Shown here: positions 1 to 11,305 of the stretch, piece by piece
How the letters are laid out: each line of letters opens with the position of its first letter
Position numbering within the stretch: the first letter of the stretch is position 1
Assembly: GCF_006345805.1 (NCBI RefSeq)
Contig: NW_021826244.1
Coordinates: forward strand, 1-30,624
DNA length: 30,624 nucleotides
Direction of reading: 5' to 3'
From: Octopus sinensis
Taxonomy: Eukaryota
Made by a program: the position numbers and the translations under genes
The notes under the pieces: model-generated
What the model saw: only the letters and a program-made list of their open reading frames with translations
What the model was told of the DNA's origin: nothing
The model's database searches: none

Positions 1-530
1 GCTTGATATAATCGACTTAACCATTTGTCTGTCCTTGTTTGTCCTCTCTGTGTGTAGCCCCTGTCTGTCCTTGTTCGTCTCCTCTGTGTTTAGCCCCTTG
101 TGGGTAATAAAGAAATAGGTATTTCATCTGCCGCTACGTTCTGAGTTCAAATTCCTCCGAGGTCGACTTTGCCTTTCATCCTTTCGATTATATCAACCCC
201 AATGTGTAACTGGTACCTAATTTATTGACCCTGAAAGGATGAAAGGCGAAGTCGACCTCGGTGGAATTTGAACTCAGAATGTAGCCGCAGACAAAATACC
301 TATTTCTTTACTACCCACAAGGGGCTAAACACAGAAGAGACGAACAAGGACAGACAGATGGATTAAGTCGATTATATCGACCCCAGTGCGTAACTGGTAC
401 TTAATTTATCGACCCCGAAAGGACGAAAGGCAAAGTCGACCTCGGCAGAAATTGAACTTAGAATGTAATGGCAGACGAAATACTGCTAAGTATTTCGCCC
501 GGCGTGCTAACATTTCTGCCAGCTCACCGC
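1..530. mobile_element. Family G SINE multimers in convergent inverted arrangement (1-186 +, 187-530 -)
   Basis: Head GGCGGTGAGCTGGCAGAAATGTTAGC at 530 on the minus strand. An internal ~185-bp unit is tandemly reiterated, and 1-186 pairs with 233-380. Confidence 0.85.
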
Positions 531-944
531 CCTATCTCATGTCAAACCATCCAACCCAAGCTAGCATGTAAAATAGACATTAAATGATGATGATGATGAT
601 AGCAAAGTTCGTCTGTTGTAATCGTCTGAAGTGCAAAGAACGTAATCAAGACAGTATAAATAGTTAACTGTAATTAATCAGATAAAAATTCTGTATTACT
701 CTCATTATCTGTTCAGTAGAAAATATGATTGGTAGTTTCATTATTTCTTCTACAGTGTACGACCACTTGACATCATTATTAGTTTATATTATGTACGGTT
801 GAAGATCAAAACAAGCTGTTATTGTACTAGGGGTCAGAAACTGTGTGGACTCAAGTGCCGGGCCTTGCTGACAATCTCTTCTATTTGCTAGAAACAGCAG
901 TCAAATCTTTCACAACTCATATCTCTATTTTAAATGATTCTTTC

Positions 945-1759
945 TAATTTTGGCACAAGGCCGGCAGTTTTGAGGGAAGGGGATAAGTTGATTACATCAC
1001 CCCCAGTTCTTGACTGGTACTTTATTTTATTGCCCCCAAAAGGATGAAAGGCATAGTCGATCTCGGTAGAATTTGAATTCAAAACATGGAGTCAGAAGAA
1101 ATGCTGCTAAGCATTTTATCCAACACTGTGGCCATGCTGGAGCACCACCTTTAGTCGTGCAAATTGACCCTAGGACTTATTATTTGGAAGCCTAGTACTT
1201 ATTCTATCGGTGTCTTTTGCCGAACCGCTACCCTCCCCCAGAAATTCAGGTCTTGTGGCTCTACTAGAAAGTATTATTATTATTATTATTATTTATGGCA
1301 GTGAGCTGGTAGAGTTGTTAGCATGCCGGGCAAAATGTTTAGCAGTATTTCACCCATCGCTATGTTCTGAGTTCAAATCCCGCCGAGGTCAACTTTGCCT
1401 TTCATCCTTTTGGGGGTCGATAAATTAAGTATCAGTGAAACACTGAGGTTGATGTAATTGACTATCCCCATCCCCCCCCCCCCAAAAAAAATTTGAGGCC
1501 TTCTGCCTCCATTAGAAAGGATTATTATTATTCCCCGAAAAGGTGGCAAATTGACTGAATCATTAACTCGCCTGGCGATATACTTAGAGCTATTTTGTCT
1601 GTCACTACATTCTGAGTTCAAATTCCATCAAGTTTGACTTTGCCCTTCATCCTTTCACAGTCAATAAATTAAGTACCAATAAAACACTGAGGTCAATGTA
1701 ATTGACTAGTCCCCTCTCCCAAAATTTCAGGCCTTGTGCCTTTATCAGAAAGGATTATT
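945..1759. mobile_element. SINE cluster: family G (-) 945-1127, family S fragment (-) 1128-1230, family G tail 1231-1291, family G (+) 1297-1532 and 1542-1759
   Basis: Recurrent TTCTGAGTTCAAATT..GACTTTGCCTTTCATCCTTT core and (TTA)n tails. Confidence 0.8.
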
Positions 1760-2157
1760 TAATGGAATGCCACATACAGTTATTTTTGTTTACAAGCGCT
1801 TTTATATATGTGTATATATATAAAATAATAATATGAGGGAATATTAAATAAAGCGTATATATTTGGTAGAATAACAAATAATAAATAATACCAAATATAT
1901 ACATTTTATTTATTATTTTGCACATTACTTAATCATTGTTATATTTTTTATCTTATATTTAATTTTTCTATAATATGTAATTTTCTAGAAGGTGTAATTT
2001 AATTTTTCAGTATTGAATTGATAAAAGGTGTTTTTTTTTTTCTAATTTATATATATATATATTATATATATATATATGATATATATTAAAAATTCAGGGT
2101 GAATTTTTGATAATTGTAAGCACCTGTATATGCCATTTAGTGGTGTAGGTGATAGAG

Positions 2158-2369
2158 TATATTTATCAAAATAAAAACATGATGCGTACAATTACCACTT
2201 CAAGGACATGTATTACATTATAAACTTGAAGTAGTAATTGTATGCGGCTGAAGAAGGCTATTGACATACAATTACATCAATTATGCATTGATATAAACCA
2301 TCTAATAAAAGCCAGAAACATATATACCGCTAAATCCTTTGCATCATGTTTTTTATTTTGATAAATATA
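2158..2369 (+). mobile_element. Penelope-like/retrozyme-like remnant with nested inverted repeats
   Basis: Outer IR 2158-2185/2341-2369, inner IR 2184-2204/2225-2245, contains a hammerhead motif and ends in (TA)n. Confidence 0.5.
2244..2330 (+). ncRNA. Degenerate type I hammerhead-ribozyme motif
   Basis: GCGG-CTGAAGA-A-GGCT...AGCC-A-GAAAC-ATAT-ATA-CCGC. Stem I is GCGG/CCGC and the core boxes are canonical, but there is a C.A mismatch in stem III. Confidence 0.6.
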
Positions 2370-2446
2370 TATATATATAATATATATATATATATATGAA
2401 TCTCTCTATTTTTTTCATTCCCTCTTTGTTTTTTTTTTCCTTAATC

Positions 2447-2482
2447 CTATCTATCAAAGAGCATAGGCTCAAAGTGTAAAAG
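2447..2482 (+). ncRNA. Heavily decayed minimal hammerhead-like motif
   Basis: CTAT-CTATCAA-A-GAGC-ATAG-GCTC-AAAGT-GTA-AAAG. The stem II hairpin and spacing are kept, but both core boxes are mutated. Confidence 0.3.
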
Positions 2483-2570
2483 ACTTCTCCATTCTTCCTG
2501 AGCATTAATTAATACACCTGCTTGTTGTTCTTATACCTAGTTTCATCTATTGCTTTCTGTAAATTTGAAC

Positions 2571-2602
<32 letters not shown>

Positions 2603-2616
2603 ATAGATATATATAT

Positions 2617-2852
2617 AATCAAAATAAGTAACAAGTATATCCGAGGTAATATGGTACGATCGTTTCATACTACTTATTAAACACTGTAAGTGTTTAATGA
2701 AATGAAGTAGCATGAAACGATTGTACCACTTGATATACTTGTTGCTTATTTTGATTGTAATCACCCCATGGATTTATATGGATAATACCATACAAAATTC
2801 TGGTGCCTTTGATTTAAGTACCATATTCATCTGAATCTAAATTTTGCTGAAC
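2617..2852 (+). mobile_element. Penelope-like remnant in (TA)n with 5' inverted duplication; same family as 28892-29082
   Basis: IR 2617-2641/2732-2756 (24/25 match). Positions 2705-2845 are the reverse complement of 28892-29027. Flanked by (TA)n on both sides. Confidence 0.6.
2688..2731 (+). ncRNA. Decayed minimal type I hammerhead motif (C3U, G5A)
   Basis: AAGTG-T-TTAATGA-A-ATG-AAGTAG-CAT-GAAAC-GATT-GTA-C-CACTT. Stem I is AAGTG/CACTT and stem II is ATG/CAT. The inverted partial copy at 2654-2675 has the palindromic stem III ACGATCGT. Confidence 0.55.
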
Positions 2853-2976
2853 TTATATATATATATATATATATAGATAGATAGTATTTGTAGCAATTTA
2901 TTCTGCCTTTTACTTATATTTGTATTTCTTTTATATTTCCAGAGATGAAATTTTATATACGCATTTCAAGAATGAA

Positions 2977-4215
2977 ATGAGCTCTAAGTGGGAGCCAGTT
3001 TCCATTCAATTCTCTGCCTCTAAGTCAGGCTCAGAGAAAACAAGAAACAGAAGTGCTTCAAGTACCAGCTTTCCCGTGCGGTACCGCTCACTTGAAGACT
3101 ACGACGATGAGGAATACTCCTTACTCACTAGCACTTTTGACAAGCCAGAGGAGAAAAATCGGAGGTCGTCCACTCTTGGGTCGAGTTCGATTTTGTCACC
3201 ATCTAAAGTCACTTCGCCATCGACGTCGTCATTTTCATCATCCTCATCATTATCATCGACACCACCACCACCTCCTCCACCTCTCCCTAAAGCTGTGATT
3301 TCACCTTCAAGAACATTCACTGGCGATACACGGGATGATAAAAAAACACTTTTGGCTAACATCCGTGGAAAATTGCACAAGAAATGGGAAGAGCTTTCCG
3401 GCGAATCTGGGTCTAGCCCTGAAAATGAGAATGAAAAGTGTCCAAGCCCTATTCGGAAGCAAAATTCTGACGAAAGCTGCGAGTCACTAAGTCCAAAAAT
3501 TAACTCCAAATCTGCAGTTGTTGACTCTATCAATATGTCACAGGAAATTGAGCAGGGTGAGGAACTTACCGAAGACATTCTGCCAGACAGTTGGGACACG
3601 GATGATGATCCGGGTCTCTCGGAAAACTTGTTGGTATGCAAAACTTCTGATGGGACCAGCACAATCCAGCTGTCTCCACCGGCACGTTCATCACGAAAGT
3701 CTATTCGGGAAAGATTCCGTGGGAGTAAAATGATCAAAACCATAGTGGACCCAGTTCCCATAAAAATGTCAAACCTCCAATCAAAATCAAACCCTGAGGA
3801 ATTTGTCGATAACGACGGCAGAATTTATTATGATGTTGAGGATGAGGAAAAAAATCAGAATACGATGGTAAAAGATAATGATACAGTGACGGAAGACTCT
3901 GCTGTGAAGAATACTGCCAAAGGTGTTTGTAGAGATAGAACTATACCAACCCAGAAACTTCTAGTCATATCTGTATCCCTATTTATCTATCTAATTACTC
4001 CCATGCCTCCTTATCTTGCTGGTGTCATCACTGGCGCTGTAGTTACTTCAATAATATGGGTTGCTTATTTTTGCTTCAAGAATGCTTACAGCTCTGCAAA
4101 ACGAGAGGACCTTTCTACTAAGAACAATAATGCTTCCCTCTCTATTAGTCAGTTACCGCCCCTCTTGGTACCAGAAATGAAAGAACCCAAGTTGGAAGAT
4201 ACCATTATTTACAAA
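2977..4215 (+). CDS. TEX2: TEX2 first coding exon (exon begins at 2943 after acceptor AG 2941-2942; ATG 2977; Ser/Pro-rich disordered N-terminus and TM hairpin ~3958-4077)
   Basis: Acceptor ttttatatttccAG, donor AAA|GTAAGT at 4216, phase 0. MSSKWEPVSIQFSAS resembles the TEX2 N-terminal IxFSAS motif. The frame is open from the acceptor, so an upstream coding exon cannot be excluded. Confidence 0.88.
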
Positions 4216-5086
4216 GTAAGTTGTGTCTTTTGTTTTTGTTTTCGTATTTTTATTTTATGAAATGTGTTCTTTTTCTTCTCACCAAATAATTTGGGTAAAG
4301 GAATTATAGTGGAGGTGCAATGGCCCAGTGGTTAGGGCAGCGGACTCGCGGTCGGAGGATCACGGTTTCGATTCCCAGACCGGCATTGTGTGTGTTTATT
4401 GAGCGAAAACACCTAAAAGCTCCACGAGGCTCTGGCAGGGGGGGGGGGTGGCGACCCCTGTTGTACTCTTTCACCACAACTTTCTCTCACTCTCTCTTCC
4501 TGTTTCTTGAGTAACGCTGTGATGGACTGGTGTCCCGTTCAGCTGAGGGGAACACATACGCCAAAGAAACCAGGAAACCGGGCCCATGAGCCTGGCTAGG
4601 CTTGAAAAGGGTGAAAAAGAAAAGGAATTATACATGAAGAAGGTCATAATATTTACAGTACACTGAGGAATCAGTTTAAATGATTGGAATCAATGTTTCA
4701 CAAAAGCAGCTGTCCTCAACCTTTCTTATGGCACAGATTACTTCCATACAAGACAATTTTTCCATAGACCAAGGGATCACACACATAAAAAAAAAACACA
4801 CAATAAAGTGCATAATATGGAATTTAATTATATCTATATCACGCACGCTCACACATCAAAACAATTTGATTCAAATTCATTTGTAGTTTTGGGTTTCAAG
4901 CGCAATGCTGGTCGTCAGCCATTTAAAATGACTGACAACGAGCATCGTGCTTGAAACTCAGGTGTACCAACGAAATTGAATCTAACTGTTTTGATCCATA
5001 CATATAATTCCCAATAAATAGGTTGAGTGCATTTCTTTCATTTGTGCACTCACTCATGTGTATGTGTGTTTGTGTGTATGTATGTG

Positions 5087-5163
<77 letters not shown>

Positions 5164-5477
5164 GGAGTAAGCACATAAATGTGAAACAAGGTGGAGAAAA
5201 AGAGTACTCAAATACCAGAGGTAGAGTAATATGCTTTATTTAAAAGCAGCAGAAATATAACAAAAAGCTGTTACTCGGAGTTTCACGTTCCCGTTCGTCG
5301 GACAGTTTTGTTAAAATTGAACTGAAATAGCAATTTGATCCCCCTGCCAGAGCCTCATGGAGCTTAAGGTGTTTTCGCTCAATAAACACTCACAACGCCC
5401 AGTCTGGGAATTGAAACCGCGAGTCCGCTGCCCTAACCATTGGGCCATTGCACCTCCACATTAGCTATGTGTGTGTG

Positions 5478-5521
<44 letters not shown>

Positions 5522-8500
5522 CTATACAATATGTTACATTACTCGGTAGTCAAGATAAAACTCTGAGTTTCAGATGCCGAAGTGGAAATCCACAACACCA
5601 TCTCTTCGGTTATCTTTTTATCTTGACTACCGAGTAATGTAACATATTGTATAGATAAATTTCCTCTATTTACATAATATTGAGGTCTCTTTCTTTCTTT
5701 TGTTATCTTACCGTTTTATCAATATATATATATATATATTGATGTGGTGTGAAGAAGCACCCAGTACACTCTGTTAAGTTGTTGGCTTTAGGAAAGGCAT
5801 ACAGCTGTAAAAAAAAACCGTGCCAAAGTAGACATACAACCTGGCAGAACCCTGTGACTCATGGGCTTTTGTCAAACTGTTCACCTCATGCCAGCATGGA
5901 AAAATAGATGTTAAATGCTGATGATGACATACTATTAATGTAACCGTTACCATGACCTGAAACAATAACTATAAGACTTTAAATTGTGTGTGCCCTGACT
6001 AGGGACCTAGTATACCTTGCTGGTTATTGGGTAGAAACCGTTCTCTTTGCAGCCTGCTGCAAGCAGGCGTTCTACCTAACAGCTGTTTTTTAATTGCTTG
6101 AATGAGATTTTTGTTTCTTGTTCCCATCATATGGGACTCCATTGGTTCCGGCAATGAGCATTACAGCTGATCGATGGAACAGCTGGCTCGTGAAGTGTGG
6201 CTGAGCACGCCACAAGCATGTGTACTCTTAATGTAGCTCTCAGGGAGATTCAGTGTGAAACAAAGTGTGACGTACCTGGCCCTTTGAATTACAGGTACAC
6301 CTCATTTTTGCCAGCTGGGTGAACTGGAGCAATGTGAAATAAAGTGTCTTGCTCAAGACCATAATATCATTATCATCATCATCATCATTATTTAACGTCT
6401 GCTTTCTATGCTAGCATGGGTTGGACGAATGATTGAGAGTTGGTTCAAAACGTCTGTAACTTGTTTTCACATTTTTTAGTCAGCCCTTGTTTCATATGTT
6501 CTGAGTCACATAAAGCTTTCTTTCTCATATGTCCTTAGCTACTTTGGGAATGAGTATCATATATGATGCAAGGACACCAGGGAAATCATCATCATCATCA
6601 TCGTTTAACGTCCGCTTTCCATGTTAGCATGGGTTGGACGAATGACTAAGGGCTGGCAAACCAGATGGCTGCACCAGGCTTCAGTCTTGATCTGGCAAAG
6701 TTTCTACAGCTGGATGCCCTTCCTAACACCAACCACTCCGAGAGTGTAGTGTGTGCTTTTACGTGCCACCGGGACTAGGGCCAGTCAGGTGGTACTGGCA
6801 ACAGCCACACTCAAATGGTGCTTTTTATGTGCTACCTGCACGGGAGCCAGTCCAGCGAGACTGGCAACGACTTCGCTTGAATGTTTTTTCATGTGCCACC
6901 AGCACAAGTGCCAGTGAGGTGTTGCTGGTAACTATCACGCTCAAATGGTACTTTTTACGTGCCACTGGCACGGAAGCCAGTCAGCTGCTCTGGCAACAGT
7001 CACACTTGAATGGTGCTTTTTACGTGCCACCGGCATGGGTGCCAGTCAGGCGGTACTGGCAACAACCTCGCTCAGATCTTTTACACATGCCACCGGCACA
7101 GGTGCCAGTAAGGCGATGCTGGTACCGATCATGCTCGAATGGTGTATTTTACATGCCACCGGCACAGAGGCCAGATAGCCGCTCTGGCAACGATCACGCC
7201 CAGATGGTGCTCTTAATACCCTACTAGCACAGGGCTCAAGTGCCAGTAAGGCGACGCTGGTAACGATCACGCTTGAGTGGTGCCACCAGGAATCAAACTC
7301 AAATACTCTGACCATTAAACCATGTGCCTTTGGTCAAGACATTTTGTTTTAGTCTGACACAACTTGGTGCTATTTATTTACATTCTTCTTCAGGCTGGAG
7401 AGCTGGAAGAATCATTAGCACACTGGACAAAATGCACATCTTTCAGCGCTTTACATTCTGAGTTCAAATGCTGACGAGGTCAGCTTTGCTTTTCATCATT
7501 TCAGAATCAATAAATTAAGTACTACTTGAGCACTGAGATCAATGTAATCAACTTCTCCCTCCCCCCAAATTGCTGGCCTTGTGCCTAAATCAGAAACAGA
7601 TTCTATTTATTATAAAGGTGGTGAGCTGGCAAAATTGTTAATGTGTTGGACAAAATGCTTTGCAGTATTTCTTCTGGACCCTTAAGTTCTGAGTTCAAAT
7701 TTTGTTGAGGGCAACTTTGCATTCCATCCTTTTGGGGTCAATAAAAGAGGTACCAGTTGAAGAACATTGGTGATTGATGTAATCGACTTAACCTCCTTTC
7801 CCTTAAAATTACTGGCCTTGTACCAAAATTTAAAAGAACATATTAAAATTCTCTAGAACTAAGGTAAATCGAACTAAGGTATATATATATATATATATGT
7901 GACCGACCAGGCTATCAGATGTTGCTACACATCGTTGGTCACAATGCGCTTCATTGTTTTAGCCTTCAAATGACACCACCCCGCTGGCTAAGCGAGCAGG
8001 CCAATCTCAAGAAAACTGTTGTCATGCATCAACCTGCCCCTGGTAAGCAGTATAGTGTACCAAATATCTATGTGTATGGTAAACGACTTGATGTAGTTGA
8101 TCAGTTTGTCTACCTGGGAAGCACTATTAATATATATATACATACATACATACATACATATACAGGTTGGCCAAAAGTCACCCGACAGTAAATCAAAATT
8201 CCATAAATACTATCTGTAATGAATGGAAAAATGTGTCGCTCAAGAAGGACTTCAGTTTGAACAATTTTCATGATGTTTCATATTTAACCCTTTCGTTACT
8301 GCATTTATTTTGAGATGCTCTGTGTTTCTTTCTATTACTTTAATTAACCTTTTAACATTTAAACCAACCATATCCAGTCCAGATATGCTGTTTTATGTTC
8401 AAACCAGCCACATCCAGCCCCTCACACTTATGCTACAATGTCATTCTTAAAAGAAACAATCTCATCATTTGACATCTTGAAGCTATGAGACCAAAACATG

Positions 8501-11268
8501 ATTAGATCAAGGCTCAGTGGTTAGAGAGTCAGGCTCACAATCATGAAGTAGTGAGTTCCATTCCCACACTGCACTGTGTGTTGCGTTCTTGAGCAAGACA
8601 CTTTATTGCATGTTGCTTCCGTTCACTCAGCTGTAGAGATGAATTGTGATGTCACTTATGCCAAGCAGTATTGGCCTTTGCCTTTCCCTTGGATAGCATC
8701 AGTGGCATGGAGAGGGGAGGCTGGTATGCGTGGGTGACGGCTGGTCTTCCATAAACAAACAACCTTGCTCAGACTTATACCTTGGAGGGAAACTTTCTAG
8801 GGTATATTCTCACAGTCATTCATGACCGAAAGAGGTCTTCACCCTTTTGCCCTTTTAAATAAGCATTACATTTGAAAGAATAATCTGGAAGCTAAAGCAT
8901 TAAGTTGATCGATATTTCTTGTTGCCGTTCTATGATTTTATTCTGATGTAATTTTGTTTCTGTTTTCAAGGGATGGATGAATGAACTGTACTACTATGAT
9001 CCGGACAACTATCACATAAATAAAACCAATTCTGTGTATGTTCGCCTTGAAGGAGTTACCTTGCGCCTTTCCACTCCCAAAACTAATGTACCAAAGCGTG
9101 CTATGTTTGATGAAAATCTTTCTAACCCAACTTTTATCAACCAGCGCCATTATGATTTGAACAACTGTCGTGTGTTTCTTCTTCCTGCGGGACTTGTTAA
9201 GAAACGCCTCTGGAGTAAAAAATATCCAATATGTGTTGATTTGACTAGAAACAGTGCTTGCAAATCTGCCCCTCCCTTGCAGAAGAAGCCTTTAAAAGAC
9301 AATGCTTCCTCCCCCAGCACTGACATGGGCTTCGAAGTCATTTCTGCAGAATTGCTCAATCCTACAATTCTTTATTTATTTGCTCGTACTGGGAGAGAGA
9401 AAGAAGAATGGTACAAGAGGTTTCATGCCGCATCTCTAGGCTTGCCTTTGGGGAATCATATCCAAGACATTCACAATGCTTTAAAAGTACCTCCCCATCA
9501 TAAACGCAGTGACTCTGACACTAATATCGGTATAGCCGATGGCTTTCAGAGGCACAAGCGCCACAATTCTATGGATTCAATGAATTCTTCTGCTGCAACT
9601 ACTCCGGTCGATTCAACTGCCAGTTTATCTCCAAAGTCTGAGAATTTTCAACAGACAAACATGAAGAATTTCTCCCACTACATGGCCAAGTTAATGCCAG
9701 CTAGTCTTGATGGAGTTAAATCTAACTCAGGCCCACTCCATTCACAGAGGGAATCTTCTTCAGTGTCAGCTTCGAGCACACCAAGCAGTCCAACCTCTCG
9801 AGAAGTCCCTTCTCCTGATCTTCCTTATACCATATTAGACTTTAGTGAACCACAACTTCTTTGGATAAATGCTTTAATCGGACGTTGTTTATGGGATTTC
9901 TTGCAAGATAAATCCTGGACTGACAAAGTTATGGAAAAGTTACAGAAAAAACTCAGCAAAATTCATGTGAGTATGATAGTTTTTTTTTGGTTTTTTTTGT
10001 CAAGACTTCTTTATATTCTTTGATCAGTTCAATCCAACAAAACAAAAGGGTCCGTGTATCATCCCTCAAAACAGCCTCAAATACTACTAATAATAATATA
10101 ATAATAATGAAATTATTGTATTCAGTGCTCAGGTGCACCACAACTTGTCAAAAGTGCGTATAAAGCATATGCAGTAATGTACAAATGTCTGGCAAGCGAA
10201 CAGTGTATGAGTCAGATACATGCTTGCGTGTGTATGGAGGGGAGAAAATCAGGTGTAGCGGTGGCGAATCTCAGGAATTATGGAAGTTTTGAAGGATGCA
10301 GTGCTCCGACAACTAACAACTGATGCCGGCAGTTTGTTCCATACTTCAGCAACTCTTAGCATAAAAAAATGTTTCCGAAAGTCATGGGAGCTGTGCTGTT
10401 TTCTGACTTTGTAGACATGTCCACAGGTGTTAGACAGATGGAGTTCGAAAAGGTGCTCAGAGTTTCTTCTGTTTTTAATTATTTAAATTCTACCTTTGAG
10501 GAAGGATACAGTGCTCCGACAACTAACAATTGATGCCGGCAGTTTGTTCCATACTTCAGCAACTCTTAGCGTGAAAAAATGTTTCCGAAAGTCAAGGGAG
10601 CTGTGCTGTTTTCTGACTTTGTAAACATGTCCACGGGTGTTAGACAGGTGGAGTTTGAAAAGGTGCTCAGCATTATTGTTAGTAAGATGGTCAATAATTT
10701 TATGGGTGTCTGCCAAGTTAGCTGCCCAGGAAGTAGTGCTAGCTCTTGTTCTTGCTAAACTCTTCAGTCTCTCTCTCTCTCTCTCTCTACCACAAGATTA
10801 TTCCAAACTTTGGAAACACATTCCACTAAGTCCAAGCACAAGAAAGGCTGTCTCTTTGATTCTGCCAACTATTAATCGGATCTTTTCGGTTTGAACGGCA
10901 GTTTTTTAAAATAATTTCCACGTAACTAAACACTTTTAAACTTCGTATACTGGTAGAATGTGTTACATAAAACATCTTTTTCTCTTGGCTTTATTGAGAA
11001 AATTCTATAGTTTGTAAGATATTTGTTGTTTATTTTCTTCAATTTCCACAATTTCAACCAATCAATGATGTCTATTGAGGTAAAAAAAACATTCTGTGCC
11101 GTATGAATATGTACCCCCCCCCCCATAACTAACCCTAACCCTAAAACAGATTGAAATGCAATAGATCAATACTAGGGTCATAATTATGGGTGACAATTTC
11201 ATATGACACCGCTAGAAAAAATTGCCGTTCAAACCGAAAAGATCCTCAGAATTAAAAGACATAGTTTG

Positions 11269-11305
<37 letters not shown>

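Noticed and set aside
3099-3761. 220-aa minus-strand ORF, plus + strand alternative-frame ORFs at 3053 and 3518
   Set aside because: Shadow frames of the low-complexity TEX2 exon, with no independent motifs.
2920-4260. ORF-track boundaries 2920-4260 and 8977-10023 as complete genes
   Set aside because: They run through splice sites into intron sequence. The real boundaries are the AG/GT sites that join in frame.
4311-4385. tRNA gene
   Set aside because: A and B boxes are present, but the sequence continues into a SINE body with TSDs and recurs as a SINE head. No complete cloverleaf is evident.
4923-5243. ORFs rich in YI/VC dipeptides (also at 5440, 25687-26204, 30320)
   Set aside because: Translations of (TA)n, (TG)n and (CT)n microsatellites.
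6750-7290. CRISPR-like repeat/spacer appearance
   Set aside because: The spacers are homologous to each other, the array is part of a dispersed eukaryotic retroposon, and no cas genes are present.
11129-11143. Interstitial telomere (CCCTAA)n
   Set aside because: Only about two units, internal to a MITE, and degenerate in the second copy.
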